A stretch of 62,908 nucleotides of DNA, from contig JAZNXK010000029.1 of assembly GCA_045593845.1 (NCBI GenBank), positions 1 through 62,908 of the forward strand. Reading direction: 5' to 3'. Below are positions 46,874 to 57,471 of the stretch, piece after piece. Numbering within the stretch: the first letter of the stretch is position 1; each line of letters opens with the position of its first letter. This DNA comes from Alphaproteobacteria bacterium (lineage in GTDB: Bacteria; Pseudomonadota; Alphaproteobacteria; RF32; CAG-239). The notes under the pieces were generated by a model. It did no database searches. It was not told the origin of the DNA and worked only from the letters and a program-made list of their open reading frames with translations. The translations under genes and the position numbers were made by a program.

Positions 46874-49295
46874 TTTTGATTTTTTCAGCGTCTTTGTGCA
46901 GGGTTTAAGCAGCAAAGAGGTTATTGTCGCAATTATCGGTTTTATTTCAGCAATGTCTTTTGCCGGGCTTTGGGCAACGAAGTTTGGTCGTATTTTTTTA
47001 CCTCAACCCAATGAGTCGAGGGTATCTGACTTTTTGCCTTTTGATAAACTGCTCGAAGACGGCATGACAATTCGTTGTCACAATAAATCTCTTGCCCGAG
47101 TTTTCAAAATTGAAGGATTAGATTTGGCTTTTTCTTCGGAAGAAACCAATATATCAATGGCCGAAGCGAGAAAATCGTGGATTGACAGCATGTCTGATTT
47201 ACAGATTACTTCACGAGTCATAACTTTGCGTGAAAGGATTCCCGCGGATAAAATTGAAAATACTTTTGATAATAAAATATTGGAGAAGGTTGCTTATGCT
47301 TGGCAGGCAACGCTTAATCGTGTTTACGAAAACAGCCACTATATAATTATTTCCGTTCCCGACAGAGATGATGCCTTAAAAGATTTGAATTATGCATCTC
47401 AATCATTGATGGCAATATTGAGTGAATATGGCGTCCGCCCGATGTATGAAAATGCTGAAAGTTCACCGAAAGACAGCCCCTTCTATGTATTTAGTCGCAT
47501 GTGCAGTCCTCTTTCCAAACCGGATCCCAAAGTCGGTTCCACGGAAGGGCACCAATTAAGGGAATTATTGACGGCAGACCATATACATTTTACCGGAGAA
47601 GAAGGTATAATTCGCTTCTTTGCCGGCGAAAGAGAAAAATATGCAATAGTTATGGGTATCAGATCCTCCGGTGATTATATGGACGAGTCTATGATAATGT
47701 CTCTAATGGCACTTGATTGCGAAATTAATATTATCCATAATGTAAAGGCCCTATATCGCCCGAAAGCTCGTGCAATTTTGATGCAACAACGCAGTATGGC
47801 CAGAATGACAAGTTTTTCGGCAGATGTTGTTGACCAATATAGTTATGCAATGAGTTCAATCGAGGACAGTGATGCCAATTATCAATCGCTTTCCGAATAT
47901 GCCTTATCTATGGTAATATACGGAGAAAGCAAAGAAGAAATAGATTTTGCCGAAAGTGAAGTTCAAAGAATATGTCGTTTATTCGGTGTAACGCCGGTTC
48001 GTGAAGGCTGGGTTGCCCAAGCAACATTCTTCAGCCAATTTCCGACTTACGAGGTTTATCCCAGAACTTATCTTTATTTATCCAGAGTTATTACCGCTGC
48101 AATCTGTTTTGACAAGCCGTCCGAAGGATTTAATAAATGTGACTGGGGGCCGGGAGCAATTACAACATTTCGCACGGTTAACGGCTCCGGGTACAGGTTC
48201 CAATTTCACGTCTCTCCCGAAGAAGCTGCCGTTGCTCACTGCTGCATAATCGGACCGACCGGACAAGGTAAAACAACCTTGCTTACGTTTTTAGCCGGAC
48301 AAGCCATGCGACACAAAGACTTGAAGGTATTTTTCTTTGATCGTCACCGAGGTGCAGAGATTTTTACCCGTTCCATCGGCGGTGCATACATAGGTTTTGA
48401 CGGAGATGAAAAGAATGTTTCTCTAAATCCTTTTGATACATCCCCGACCCCGAATAACAGAGCCTTTTTGCGTCGTTGGATAAAATCCATTACCATGGTA
48501 GATGATGCTTTATCCGAGCACGAAATTGCCCGCGCTGTCACTACGGCTTTTGACTACCTGAAACCCGAAGAACGAATAATGGCAAACTTGCACAAAAGCT
48601 GTTTTTCTCCGACAGGTAATGTCCGACGTGAATTGTACCGCTGGATAAATCCCGACCAATACGGTAATATTTTTAATGCCCAAAATGATAGTTTGGATTT
48701 GCATACCAAAAGATTTATGGCTTTTGACTTTACACATATTTTTGAAGATGAAACTTTGGCTCCTGCCGTTATCAGTTATATCATGCACCGTATTCAGTCC
48801 GAAACCGGCGAGACCGGTGTTCCTTCACTAATTATGATTGATGAAACGGCGCCGATGTTAAAACACCCTATGTTCCGTGATTATTTCATTATTGGCTTGC
48901 AAGAAGGACGTAAAAAACGTCAGGCATATTTGTGCGCATTTCAACAACCGAATATTATCGATTCTCTGGGTGTCGGAGAGGCGATTCGCGGTCAATGCCA
49001 AACCGTAATTTTCTTTCGTAACCCGCAAGCGAGAGCAGAAGATTATGTCAATTGGAACCTCAATCAGCGAGAAATGGATTTTATTTTCGGTAAATCATAC
49101 AGAGAATTTCCTTATGCAATTTTACTTTCACGTCCGGCAACGGGAGAATCTGTAATTTTGGATGTGGATTTAAGCGGACTTGGACCATATTTAAAAATTT
49201 ACAACTCAAGCCGCAAAAATGTATTATTAGTTGAAGATTTAATAAAACAATACGGAGAGGAGAATTTTGTTACAAAATATTTAAATTTTTCGTAA
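46863..49295 (+). CDS. virB4: VirB4 family T4SS ATPase
   Basis: Walker A GPTGQGKT, FFFDRHRG, LNPF, Walker B IMIDE, RKK, FQQP, IFFRNP. Confidence 0.95.
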   Translation: MHPDFDFFSVFVQGLSSKEVIVAIIGFISAMSFAGLWATKFGRIFLPQPNESRVSDFLPFDKLLEDGMTIRCHNKSLARVFKIEGLDLAFSSEETNISMAEARKSWIDSMSDLQITSRVITLRERIPADKIENTFDNKILEKVAYAWQATLNRVYENSHYIIISVPDRDDALKDLNYASQSLMAILSEYGVRPMYENAESSPKDSPFYVFSRMCSPLSKPDPKVGSTEGHQLRELLTADHIHFTGEEGIIRFFAGEREKYAIVMGIRSSGDYMDESMIMSLMALDCEINIIHNVKALYRPKARAILMQQRSMARMTSFSADVVDQYSYAMSSIEDSDANYQSLSEYALSMVIYGESKEEIDFAESEVQRICRLFGVTPVREGWVAQATFFSQFPTYEVYPRTYLYLSRVITAAICFDKPSEGFNKCDWGPGAITTFRTVNGSGYRFQFHVSPEEAAVAHCCIIGPTGQGKTTLLTFLAGQAMRHKDLKVFFFDRHRGAEIFTRSIGGAYIGFDGDEKNVSLNPFDTSPTPNNRAFLRRWIKSITMVDDALSEHEIARAVTTAFDYLKPEERIMANLHKSCFSPTGNVRRELYRWINPDQYGNIFNAQNDSLDLHTKRFMAFDFTHIFEDETLAPAVISYIMHRIQSETGETGVPSLIMIDETAPMLKHPMFRDYFIIGLQEGRKKRQAYLCAFQQPNIIDSLGVGEAIRGQCQTVIFFRNPQARAEDYVNWNLNQREMDFIFGKSYREFPYAILLSRPATGESVILDVDLSGLGPYLKIYNSSRKNVLLVEDLIKQYGEENFVTKYLNFS

Positions 49296-49376
49296 CTGAT
49301 CAAAAATTTATTTTATCGTAGAGCATTTTGTGATAAAATGACTCTTATGGTGGGAACCAAACTGCGGAGAGGGAAC

Positions 49377-51089
49377 ATGACAAAAAAAAGTAGTATTGCC
49401 ATTATTATCGGTATGTTAATGTTATTTAACAATCATTCAGCCAAAGCACAGCTTCCAACAGTTGATTTTGGAAATATTGCCGGCACGATAGGTATTGTAA
49501 CCCAAGGAATAACAAACGTTAAGCAAGGTTTAGAGGTTATAACTAACGGAAGTAACCTGAATGCCATTATCGGAGATGCCGTCGGCACAATTTCAAAATT
49601 TGCCAGCACCATAAAGGGTTATGTTCAAGACGCACAACAAGCCATAGAAAAAGCAAAACAGAGGATTGCGGAAGGAAAAGAACTATACGAAAAGTATAAG
49701 AACGAAATAGAAGAAAGAAAAGCAAAATACCAAGCTTTGCTCCAAAGTATTCCTAATTACACAAATCCCAATTCTTATAATGATGAAGATGATAATACTT
49801 CTTCTTCAGGCAGGAATAATAATCAATCATCTGATGATAATAGCGGTTCCTCTAATAATAACTCCGGCAGGACACCAAATTCTCAAAATTCTGGCAATCA
49901 AATAAACAATGGTCGTAACCCATCATACAATACCGGCAACACCAGTTTAAGTTCCGGCAAAACTCCCGCCAACAACAGCAGTCTAAATACGGGTTCCGGT
50001 AAAACTCCCGCCAATAACAGCAGTGTAAATACCGGTTCCGTAAAAACTCCTCTTGACAACAGCGGCAAAATAAATACGGGATATAGAAGTTCTCCGACAT
50101 TGAATACATCTGACCAAAAGGGAGATGATTCTTCATATCTGAAAGACAATACCTTAACAGACAGTGATACCCTGGCCACCGAAGAAGAAGTTTTAACTCT
50201 GGATGAAAAAGATCAAAAGGATAATAAGGATAAAGAGCAAGAAAAGAGTAAGCTTCCGCAAAAGGATGATAGGTCATCTTTGTCAATAGGACGCCAAGCC
50301 TTCGGTACACCAGCGGATGAAAAAACTTCGTCAACAAAAGATTCAGCCTCAAAGGCGACGGAAACAATAACCAAGACCGTAACCCCGAATACAAATGAAT
50401 CAGATAAATCGGCAGCCGCAAAAAACCCAGCATCTGAAACAATTTCAAAGACAGACACATCTGCGGCGACCTCAAAATCAGGCGGAAAGGAGGCTACTTC
50501 CATAAATACCGGAAATCAGTTTAGAGTATCTCCGAGTGCCACAAAAGATAAACAATCTCATAATACTATAATATTCAGTTCTCGCCTCGCTTTTGCTGCA
50601 GAAACCAGCAATTCCAATAAAGGAACAGGTTATGATAAAAATGGTGTTTTCATTTTTAACACAAAATATTGCGACAAAAGTGTTGATGACCTTTTAACGG
50701 AAAACGGAACCAGAGAATGCTTTGTAAATATAGTTAATAAAATTAACAACAAAAACTCATATTATGCAATGCAGAACAAAGAAGATTGCAAAAAAATGGT
50801 AACCGACACATCAGTTGCTCTGTTGGCAGAAGCAATCAAAATGAAATATGAGGCATCAAACTACCAAGATACATTGGATGAACAAGAATCATTGGGTGGC
50901 AACAGTAACAATACCAGAGACGACACACAAGTATTGGCAATGAATTATGAACAAACACAAAAGCTGTTAAATAAATTGATAACACTTCTTTCCGGAGAAA
51001 CAATATACAGCATTACAAAAGAAATATGTGATGTTACGGAAAAAGTGCTCGAAGACAACGAAGTGGATGTAGACAATGGAGGTAAATAA
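49377..51089 (+). CDS. Secreted VirB5/TrbJ-like protein with a long low-complexity insertion
   Basis: Signal AKA|QLPTVDFGNI (VirB5-type P-x-x-D start), coiled coil, N/S/T/K linker, helical C-terminus; follows virB4. Confidence 0.55.
   Translation: MTKKSSIAIIIGMLMLFNNHSAKAQLPTVDFGNIAGTIGIVTQGITNVKQGLEVITNGSNLNAIIGDAVGTISKFASTIKGYVQDAQQAIEKAKQRIAEGKELYEKYKNEIEERKAKYQALLQSIPNYTNPNSYNDEDDNTSSSGRNNNQSSDDNSGSSNNNSGRTPNSQNSGNQINNGRNPSYNTGNTSLSSGKTPANNSSLNTGSGKTPANNSSVNTGSVKTPLDNSGKINTGYRSSPTLNTSDQKGDDSSYLKDNTLTDSDTLATEEEVLTLDEKDQKDNKDKEQEKSKLPQKDDRSSLSIGRQAFGTPADEKTSSTKDSASKATETITKTVTPNTNESDKSAAAKNPASETISKTDTSAATSKSGGKEATSINTGNQFRVSPSATKDKQSHNTIIFSSRLAFAAETSNSNKGTGYDKNGVFIFNTKYCDKSVDDLLTENGTRECFVNIVNKINNKNSYYAMQNKEDCKKMVTDTSVALLAEAIKMKYEASNYQDTLDEQESLGGNSNNTRDDTQVLAMNYEQTQKLLNKLITLLSGETIYSITKEICDVTEKVLEDNEVDVDNGGK
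49953..50081 (+). repeat. In-frame 42-bp tandem repeat, 3 copies
   Basis: SGKTPANNSSLNTG / SGKTPANNSSVNTG / SVKTPLDNSGKINTG. Confidence 0.88.
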
Positions 51090-51760
51090 TGAAAATACGT
51101 TTACTAACATTGGTCGTAGTATTTAGCCTTTGTTTTGTGCAACAGGCAAGGGCCGACTTTGAGGCCATACAAACAGTTTTTACGGTGATTGAAAACGTTA
51201 CCAAAAAGATAGATAATGTATTTTCTAAAATACAAGAAGTAACGACAGAAATTCATAGAATTCGCACCGGTATAGAGGGAAAGATAGAAAAAATCAAAAA
51301 CCTTGTAGAAGAGGGAAAAGATTTGCTGACCGGTGGCGGATTAAAAGATAAGATTTTGGCCAGATTTAAGATCGGTAACATTCTTAACGGACTTGAAAAT
51401 AATAACATAAGAGATATTGAGCGAGGTATTCTTGAAGAAACTGTAGCTCTCTATACTAATGAAAAACAAACAGAAACATATATGAAAATAAAAGATACAA
51501 ATGCCAAAATCTTGAAAGAGGACTTATCAAGAATGTATGCTTATGCATTCACTCTCAGAACCAATTTGGCAAAAGAACGTAAAGAAAACGACGATACCCC
51601 GGTAGTGGCAACGGATTCAAGAGAAATATATGCATTGGCCAATAAAGAAGCATTGGAAAGCGCCAGAAGATTAAATCGAATTTTGGATATGCAGGCATCA
51701 AAAGCTTCTATAGAAATGCGTATAAAATTGAGAACTGACACCCGTTCGGAAGAAGATTAG
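51089..51760 (+). CDS. Secreted helical protein, VirB5-like size and architecture
   Basis: Signal ARA|D, heptad-rich, 223 aa, no TM segment. Confidence 0.5.
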   Translation: MKIRLLTLVVVFSLCFVQQARADFEAIQTVFTVIENVTKKIDNVFSKIQEVTTEIHRIRTGIEGKIEKIKNLVEEGKDLLTGGGLKDKILARFKIGNILNGLENNNIRDIERGILEETVALYTNEKQTETYMKIKDTNAKILKEDLSRMYAYAFTLRTNLAKERKENDDTPVVATDSREIYALANKEALESARRLNRILDMQASKASIEMRIKLRTDTRSEED

Positions 51761-51771
51761 GAGAACAAGCA

Positions 51772-52860
51772 ATGAGAAAAATATTGAACATAATTTTACT
51801 GCTTGCCTTAATTGCCTTTGCGACAGAAGCAAAAGCTTTTATGTTGCCTCCTTTCAAAACGGATATTGCCGGAACTTTGCAAAAATATTATACTATCATT
51901 AACACGAAGGTACAAACCATAAAAGATAAAATCAAAGAAGCAACCGATATTCAAAGCATAATTCAAAAAGGTCAGGATGCAATAAACGAAGTAAAAGAAT
52001 ATACGGCCAAAGTCCGCAATGTAATTGATAAAGTTCAGGGATTTGCTAATAACATTTCCAATATTTCATCACAATTCAGCAAAATCAATGAAAATATGAG
52101 CAGTTTGAAAGAGGCTGCGGGAATAGACCAACTTAACATTTCGGAAAGAGTTAATACTCAAATCTTTGATATAGAAAAGAACATCAGAGAGCTTGAAACT
52201 GATACGCTGAATAATGCCGGTGATGAAAATAAAATTGCCAGCAACATGAACAAAATAAAACAGCTAAATCAGCAAAAAGCACAGTTGCGAGATGAAGCAA
52301 CAACCGAGTTGAAAAACATAAAATCAAGGCTTGCTACATCACTCTCATCTTTACAAGGTTTAAGAGACCAAGCACTTGAAAGTTTGAAATCAATGTCGTT
52401 TGAAAACCTACAGATTTTGCCCGGCAACTATGATTCTTCAAAAGACTTGAAAGAGGCATATAATATATTAACGCCCTCAAAAGATACAAAAATTACACCC
52501 GAGGTTGTCTATGCATATAAGGAAAGCTACGGAAAGCTTTGGTTTAATGATGTAGTAGCGGTAGATAACAGAATCAACAATATCCGCACGGAATTATTTG
52601 ATGATGACCAAGATTCCGGCAAACTAACGGAACAGGTCGGCACAATGGAAGGCGGAAATTCGGCAAAAATTACGGCGATGGTTGAAGGACGGAAAAAGAA
52701 TATGCATGCTCTCATTACCTATACGGAAACAGTGTTGTTAAAACTCAAAGTTGAAGTTGCCGAAGATCTTAAAAACGGAAATTTTGAGCCGATTGATCCG
52801 TCAGCAATGGATGACTTTGACTTTAACAATTATCGTCTGACAGAAGAAGATTTGAAATAA
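51772..52860 (+). CDS. Secreted coiled-coil protein, VirB5/TrbJ-like
   Basis: Signal AKA|FMLPPFKTDIAG, long heptad stretches, no TM segment. Confidence 0.5.
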   Translation: MRKILNIILLLALIAFATEAKAFMLPPFKTDIAGTLQKYYTIINTKVQTIKDKIKEATDIQSIIQKGQDAINEVKEYTAKVRNVIDKVQGFANNISNISSQFSKINENMSSLKEAAGIDQLNISERVNTQIFDIEKNIRELETDTLNNAGDENKIASNMNKIKQLNQQKAQLRDEATTELKNIKSRLATSLSSLQGLRDQALESLKSMSFENLQILPGNYDSSKDLKEAYNILTPSKDTKITPEVVYAYKESYGKLWFNDVVAVDNRINNIRTELFDDDQDSGKLTEQVGTMEGGNSAKITAMVEGRKKNMHALITYTETVLLKLKVEVAEDLKNGNFEPIDPSAMDDFDFNNYRLTEEDLK

Positions 52861-52872
52861 AGGAGAATAAAA

Positions 52873-55800
52873 ATGAAAAAAAATAATTTAAAATTTTGCA
52901 TTCTGTTTATTCTTCTTTTAAGTGTTATGTTGCCGCATAATTCGATGGCGCAACTGCCTTTTGCCGCATCTTTTGATTTTGGCGCTGAAATAAAAGGGGT
53001 AATACAGGATATTCAAGCATCATTGAAATCGGTAGAAACAAATATTGTAGGTGTGTGGAAAGGTAATTTGAGCAAACTTCAAGCCGCATTTGACCAATAT
53101 TCAGGCAAGATTACTAAAGTTTTTAATAAAATACCGGGAACCAAAGACTTTAAGATAGGTTCAACCATAGGAATAAATTCCGGCTCTAATTCTGGTTCTA
53201 TTTTTGGCTCCATACTTGGGGCAAATTCGGCGATAGCATCTGGAGGAAGCATGCAAAGTGTTGACATATACAATGCGGCTTCTGTGAAAGAAGCATTTGA
53301 AGAGCTATTCCTCACATATCCGTCCACAGAAAAAAGAGCGCAAATTGCATATGACAATATGTCAAACAAATTTTATTATGACACTCTGATAGAAGTTAGA
53401 GCCGCGATAACCGGACTTGAAGAACAACTCGATAAATTGAGAAAAGAAGTAGAAGACTTTAGTGAGCAAGCAATGTCTGCACCGGAGGGCGGAGCCGAAA
53501 GCGGTGACAGTGACGGAGCTACCAGTGCTGAAGATGAGAGCGGTGTTATTTATAATGCATATTTATCCAATCGAAAATTTAATGACATATTGAAAGTAAC
53601 CGAAGAAGTCGTTGCTTTGCAAAATCAGTATTATGCAGCCAAGCTCATGCGTCGTCCGCGCAAAGTTGTTCCCAGCATACCAAATAACAGGTCAGGGCAA
53701 CAATCTTTTATAATTTTCAGCCAATCACTTGCTTATGCTCAATATGTAAAAAATGAAAGCACTAATAAGTCTTATTATCAAAATAATGCATCCGATTTGG
53801 ATTCAAAAATGGGAATATCTTCAACAGAAAAATCAGCAATCAAACAGAACGATGGCGGCATTGTTGTAAAAGAGATAACTTTTACCGAAAAATCTGACGG
53901 ACAAGCCAAACTTTCTCCGGTTGAGCAAAAAATAACAAGCTCTGAAGATAAAACAATATCTGCAAAACAATCCCAAGAAGAAAGCATATTGAGCAAAAAA
54001 GATGCTTTAGATGAAAAGTCCGATGTCAAATCAACGGCAAAAGAAGATACCGTTATTTCGACGGACCTGCAAAAAACGAGCATCACTTCAAGGCAATATG
54101 TATCGGAAAAACAGCCCCAAAATGACAAAGAAATTGCAGATACTTCTGTGAAGAAAATATCTTCATCATCAAAAATTACGGAAGCTTCCGATCCTATATC
54201 AAATTCGCCCAAAATAATCAATTCCGGCAAAGATGATACATATATTCAACAAAAGGACGAAAGTGGTGTAAATGCGGAAAACAAACTTTCCGGTTCATCA
54301 AGAACAAATTATTATGATGATGACGACTTTTTTGCTGTTCCTGCGGCACCTGAAACTTCTTCTCCGCTAAAATACAGTGTGGCAGAATTAGAGGCCTTAA
54401 ATAAAATTGCCGAAGCAAATACTTTGGTAGATAAAGCTAAGGATGTTCATAACCTTTTGCAACAATTACCGAGTTATCAAGATACTTTTAAGCAATTCGG
54501 TTTGATAAAGAGAATACACGAAAAAGCTAAAGCAGCCTTGGAACGAGCTGACGGTTGCGTTACAAGATATTTGGGGTACTATTATAACAATCCGAACAAT
54601 ATATGGTACGGGCAAAGTACAATACCGACAAATCGTTTCGATTATGACAGTCGCAAAGGGTTATCAGGTGTGGCCATAGAAGCATATCAGCTGGCAAACG
54701 CATCTTCAGGCAACAATATCGATATAAGTGAATTAACCAATCCTGTCCCCGGTGCTGAAGATGGTGATCCCGAGCTGATAGAATTTGATACCGACAAATT
54801 ATCGAAAAAAACGGAAGGTTTTGTTACCCCGGCAATAGATATAAGTGATTCGGATAACGGATACAGCGATTCTGTCAGAGATTTAGATCCTGAAAAAATG
54901 GCAGAAGAAAGGGATGGTGAAACTGAAAGTTTAGAAGATAATTTTACCGATTCCAATAAAGCTAAAGAGTTTACAACTACTTCAAGAGAAGTATCACTGA
55001 TTAACTGGCAGGTAGGTAAAGCCATAACACAATATCTTGCTCAAGATCAAAACAAGCAAAATCCAGAATATGGCAAACCATACAGACCTTATGAATTATG
55101 GAATGACGAGCGCAGTTATTATGACCAATACATAAGCGGAAAATACGGCAATATGAAAGCCTATATAAATCAACTAAATGTGGGAGAAAGCGCACTCGGA
55201 ATAGTTGAGCTGTTTAACAGTGTTACCGAAAATGAAGAAGAAAAACAATCAATTGCTAATGGTATCAGTGCCATAGCAAATGCCTTGAATAACAATGTCG
55301 GTGTGTCTGATCCTTTGGCATCTATCATGCAGGCGAGAAATTCGGCGATAGCTACGTTAAAACAGCAACAAAAATCAAAACTTGAGAATAAACAGGAGAA
55401 ACTGGATAAAGCCAACAACAACTTACAGGCTGTAACTCAACAGATTAGTAAGATAAATGAAGAAATAAATGAAAGCAGCAACGATGTGACAAGCAATGAT
55501 TCTACTGCAAATTCTTCACAGCAATTCCTTGATATCCTAAACAGACGAGGCACAAACCCTCTTTCTTCTCTATTTAGCCAAGCTCGCGAGAAATTGCAAG
55601 AAGCAATAGGTAATTTAAGTATTGAGGGCACCAGATTAAACCTTTTGAAGGTAGAGCTGAAAACACTTGAAGTTACAAGAAAAGCCCTCAAAGAAAGAGT
55701 AAATAAACTTAGCGAAGACATTGAAGAGCTTATTCAAGAGCAACAAATGGAACTCGAAACGGCGGAAAGCGATTGGGATGCAATGATCGTGACAGCACAA

Positions 55801-57435
55801 GAGAATATTCAATCTCCCAAACTTTCGGATGTGCTTTCGGCAATTTCTCTTTCTGATACAAATTTGGAAGAGCTGATTAATAAAGCTGATGTTTTAGTGG
55901 ACAAGGCCAGAGAATGTGCCGCCCAGCTGATTGATGAGCACTTGCAAGAGCTGCAAGCCAGCGCGGCAGGGGATATGCTTTATAAAAGTTCAAATCACCA
56001 AAATGTAGTAAACAAGCATAACCAGCTCATAAATAAACTGAAAAATTTGCCTTCAGCATGTCTGCTTAACACCGTCCAAAGTCAAATAGGAATTCTTGAA
56101 ATCAGTGAACAAATCATAATGGGGCAACTGCAAAATATTTTCCAGTCCGCGCTGACATCAGATATATGTTCTGAATATGATTGCAACACTCCTGACAGTG
56201 ATTATTTTGTCGGACAAGTGGCAAAGAAACGCGATTTCACGGCACCACGTTCCCTGTCGGTTGAAGCCCACCCAACGGTCCGCGATATCGTCCACCTTGA
56301 CACAACGGATTATAAAAATATCAAAATGTCGAAACACGGCAGAATAACCAGAGATGCATTCTTGGAATATGGTGCGGAAATGCCGTCAATATGGACACGC
56401 CTGTTATCTGATAACTCTTATGTGGAAAGAAGAGCCAACCTATCGCCAATTCTCAATAAAGGAGGCGAGGATAAAGCATTTTTGCGCGGAATGATGCTGC
56501 CGTGCAAACTCGGACGATATGTAATTGATGCAAATGAAAACAACGGAAAATATAAAGTGCTCGATACCGTCGAAGATGCAACCTACGCAGAAACGTTAGA
56601 ATTCAACAAACTTGCGGATTGTCAGGAATTGGAGGTAGTTATCCATGTGATTGACAGTTATACTCTGAAAGACACGGATGTAAAAGACAACATTCATGGT
56701 ACCGGCACCAATGAAATAGAAGATCCTGTGAGCAGTGAACTTGGAATGTTCTTAAAATATGAAAACGGACATCTTTCCATAAACGACAGACCTTTCGATG
56801 GAATAGGCACTCTCGTTGAAAAAGAGAAAAAAGCCGAGAAAAAAGGCAAGCTTAATTTAAAAGCCGAAGACAATGTATATGAGAGAGCATTGTTTGCAAA
56901 AAATCAAATCGGCGAATTTTTACACTTTATGAACAAAGAAAAAGAAGCCAGAGAAAAACTCGAGCAGGCCGAAGAAGATATTGCCGAATTGAGAGAAACA
57001 TTAAAGCAAGCCGTATCTGAATTGGGCTTTGAATTAAGCGATGATGTAAATTTGGCCAATCAGGAAGACTATGATGAGGTTGTGCAAAAACTTAAAACCA
57101 GTAAAAATACAATCATGGGCCAAGCTATCGTAAAACTGAATAATACGAAAGATTTGGCTCAAAGTAATGCAGATGTATATGAACGTTACTATAAGGCAAA
57201 AAACACCTATGATGCCTTGGTTCAAGATAACAAAGCATTAGTGAATATAAGTGCAAATACAGAGGCCGGTAACGACTTAAAAGAAAGTATAAAATCTGAA
57301 GAGGCAAATAAGAAAGTTGTTGAAAAATCACGCAATGATGGTTATAAAGCCCTGCAGGATGAAATTGACAACTATGAGCAACCAATTTGTATTCCTAACG
57401 GAGTAATAGTTCCTACATCACAAGTAAATAACTGA
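52873..57435 (+). CDS. Giant secreted protein with a VirB5-like N-terminus, a linker and coiled-coil/Cys-containing domains
   Basis: Signal SMA|QLPFAASFDFG, 1520 aa, no TM segment, inside the T4SS operon. Confidence 0.55.
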   Translation: MKKNNLKFCILFILLLSVMLPHNSMAQLPFAASFDFGAEIKGVIQDIQASLKSVETNIVGVWKGNLSKLQAAFDQYSGKITKVFNKIPGTKDFKIGSTIGINSGSNSGSIFGSILGANSAIASGGSMQSVDIYNAASVKEAFEELFLTYPSTEKRAQIAYDNMSNKFYYDTLIEVRAAITGLEEQLDKLRKEVEDFSEQAMSAPEGGAESGDSDGATSAEDESGVIYNAYLSNRKFNDILKVTEEVVALQNQYYAAKLMRRPRKVVPSIPNNRSGQQSFIIFSQSLAYAQYVKNESTNKSYYQNNASDLDSKMGISSTEKSAIKQNDGGIVVKEITFTEKSDGQAKLSPVEQKITSSEDKTISAKQSQEESILSKKDALDEKSDVKSTAKEDTVISTDLQKTSITSRQYVSEKQPQNDKEIADTSVKKISSSSKITEASDPISNSPKIINSGKDDTYIQQKDESGVNAENKLSGSSRTNYYDDDDFFAVPAAPETSSPLKYSVAELEALNKIAEANTLVDKAKDVHNLLQQLPSYQDTFKQFGLIKRIHEKAKAALERADGCVTRYLGYYYNNPNNIWYGQSTIPTNRFDYDSRKGLSGVAIEAYQLANASSGNNIDISELTNPVPGAEDGDPELIEFDTDKLSKKTEGFVTPAIDISDSDNGYSDSVRDLDPEKMAEERDGETESLEDNFTDSNKAKEFTTTSREVSLINWQVGKAITQYLAQDQNKQNPEYGKPYRPYELWNDERSYYDQYISGKYGNMKAYINQLNVGESALGIVELFNSVTENEEEKQSIANGISAIANALNNNVGVSDPLASIMQARNSAIATLKQQQKSKLENKQEKLDKANNNLQAVTQQISKINEEINESSNDVTSNDSTANSSQQFLDILNRRGTNPLSSLFSQAREKLQEAIGNLSIEGTRLNLLKVELKTLEVTRKALKERVNKLSEDIEELIQEQQMELETAESDWDAMIVTAQENIQSPKLSDVLSAISLSDTNLEELINKADVLVDKARECAAQLIDEHLQELQASAAGDMLYKSSNHQNVVNKHNQLINKLKNLPSACLLNTVQSQIGILEISEQIIMGQLQNIFQSALTSDICSEYDCNTPDSDYFVGQVAKKRDFTAPRSLSVEAHPTVRDIVHLDTTDYKNIKMSKHGRITRDAFLEYGAEMPSIWTRLLSDNSYVERRANLSPILNKGGEDKAFLRGMMLPCKLGRYVIDANENNGKYKVLDTVEDATYAETLEFNKLADCQELEVVIHVIDSYTLKDTDVKDNIHGTGTNEIEDPVSSELGMFLKYENGHLSINDRPFDGIGTLVEKEKKAEKKGKLNLKAEDNVYERALFAKNQIGEFLHFMNKEKEAREKLEQAEEDIAELRETLKQAVSELGFELSDDVNLANQEDYDEVVQKLKTSKNTIMGQAIVKLNNTKDLAQSNADVYERYYKAKNTYDALVQDNKALVNISANTEAGNDLKESIKSEEANKKVVEKSRNDGYKALQDEIDNYEQPICIPNGVIVPTSQVNN

Positions 57436-57471
57436 TTATGTAACAATGCTTATAAAGAAAGCCGTTAAATA

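Noticed and set aside
49338-57435. Calling the four post-virB4 genes virB6 paralogs by position
   Set aside because: None has the multi-pass hydrophobic core of VirB6/TrbL
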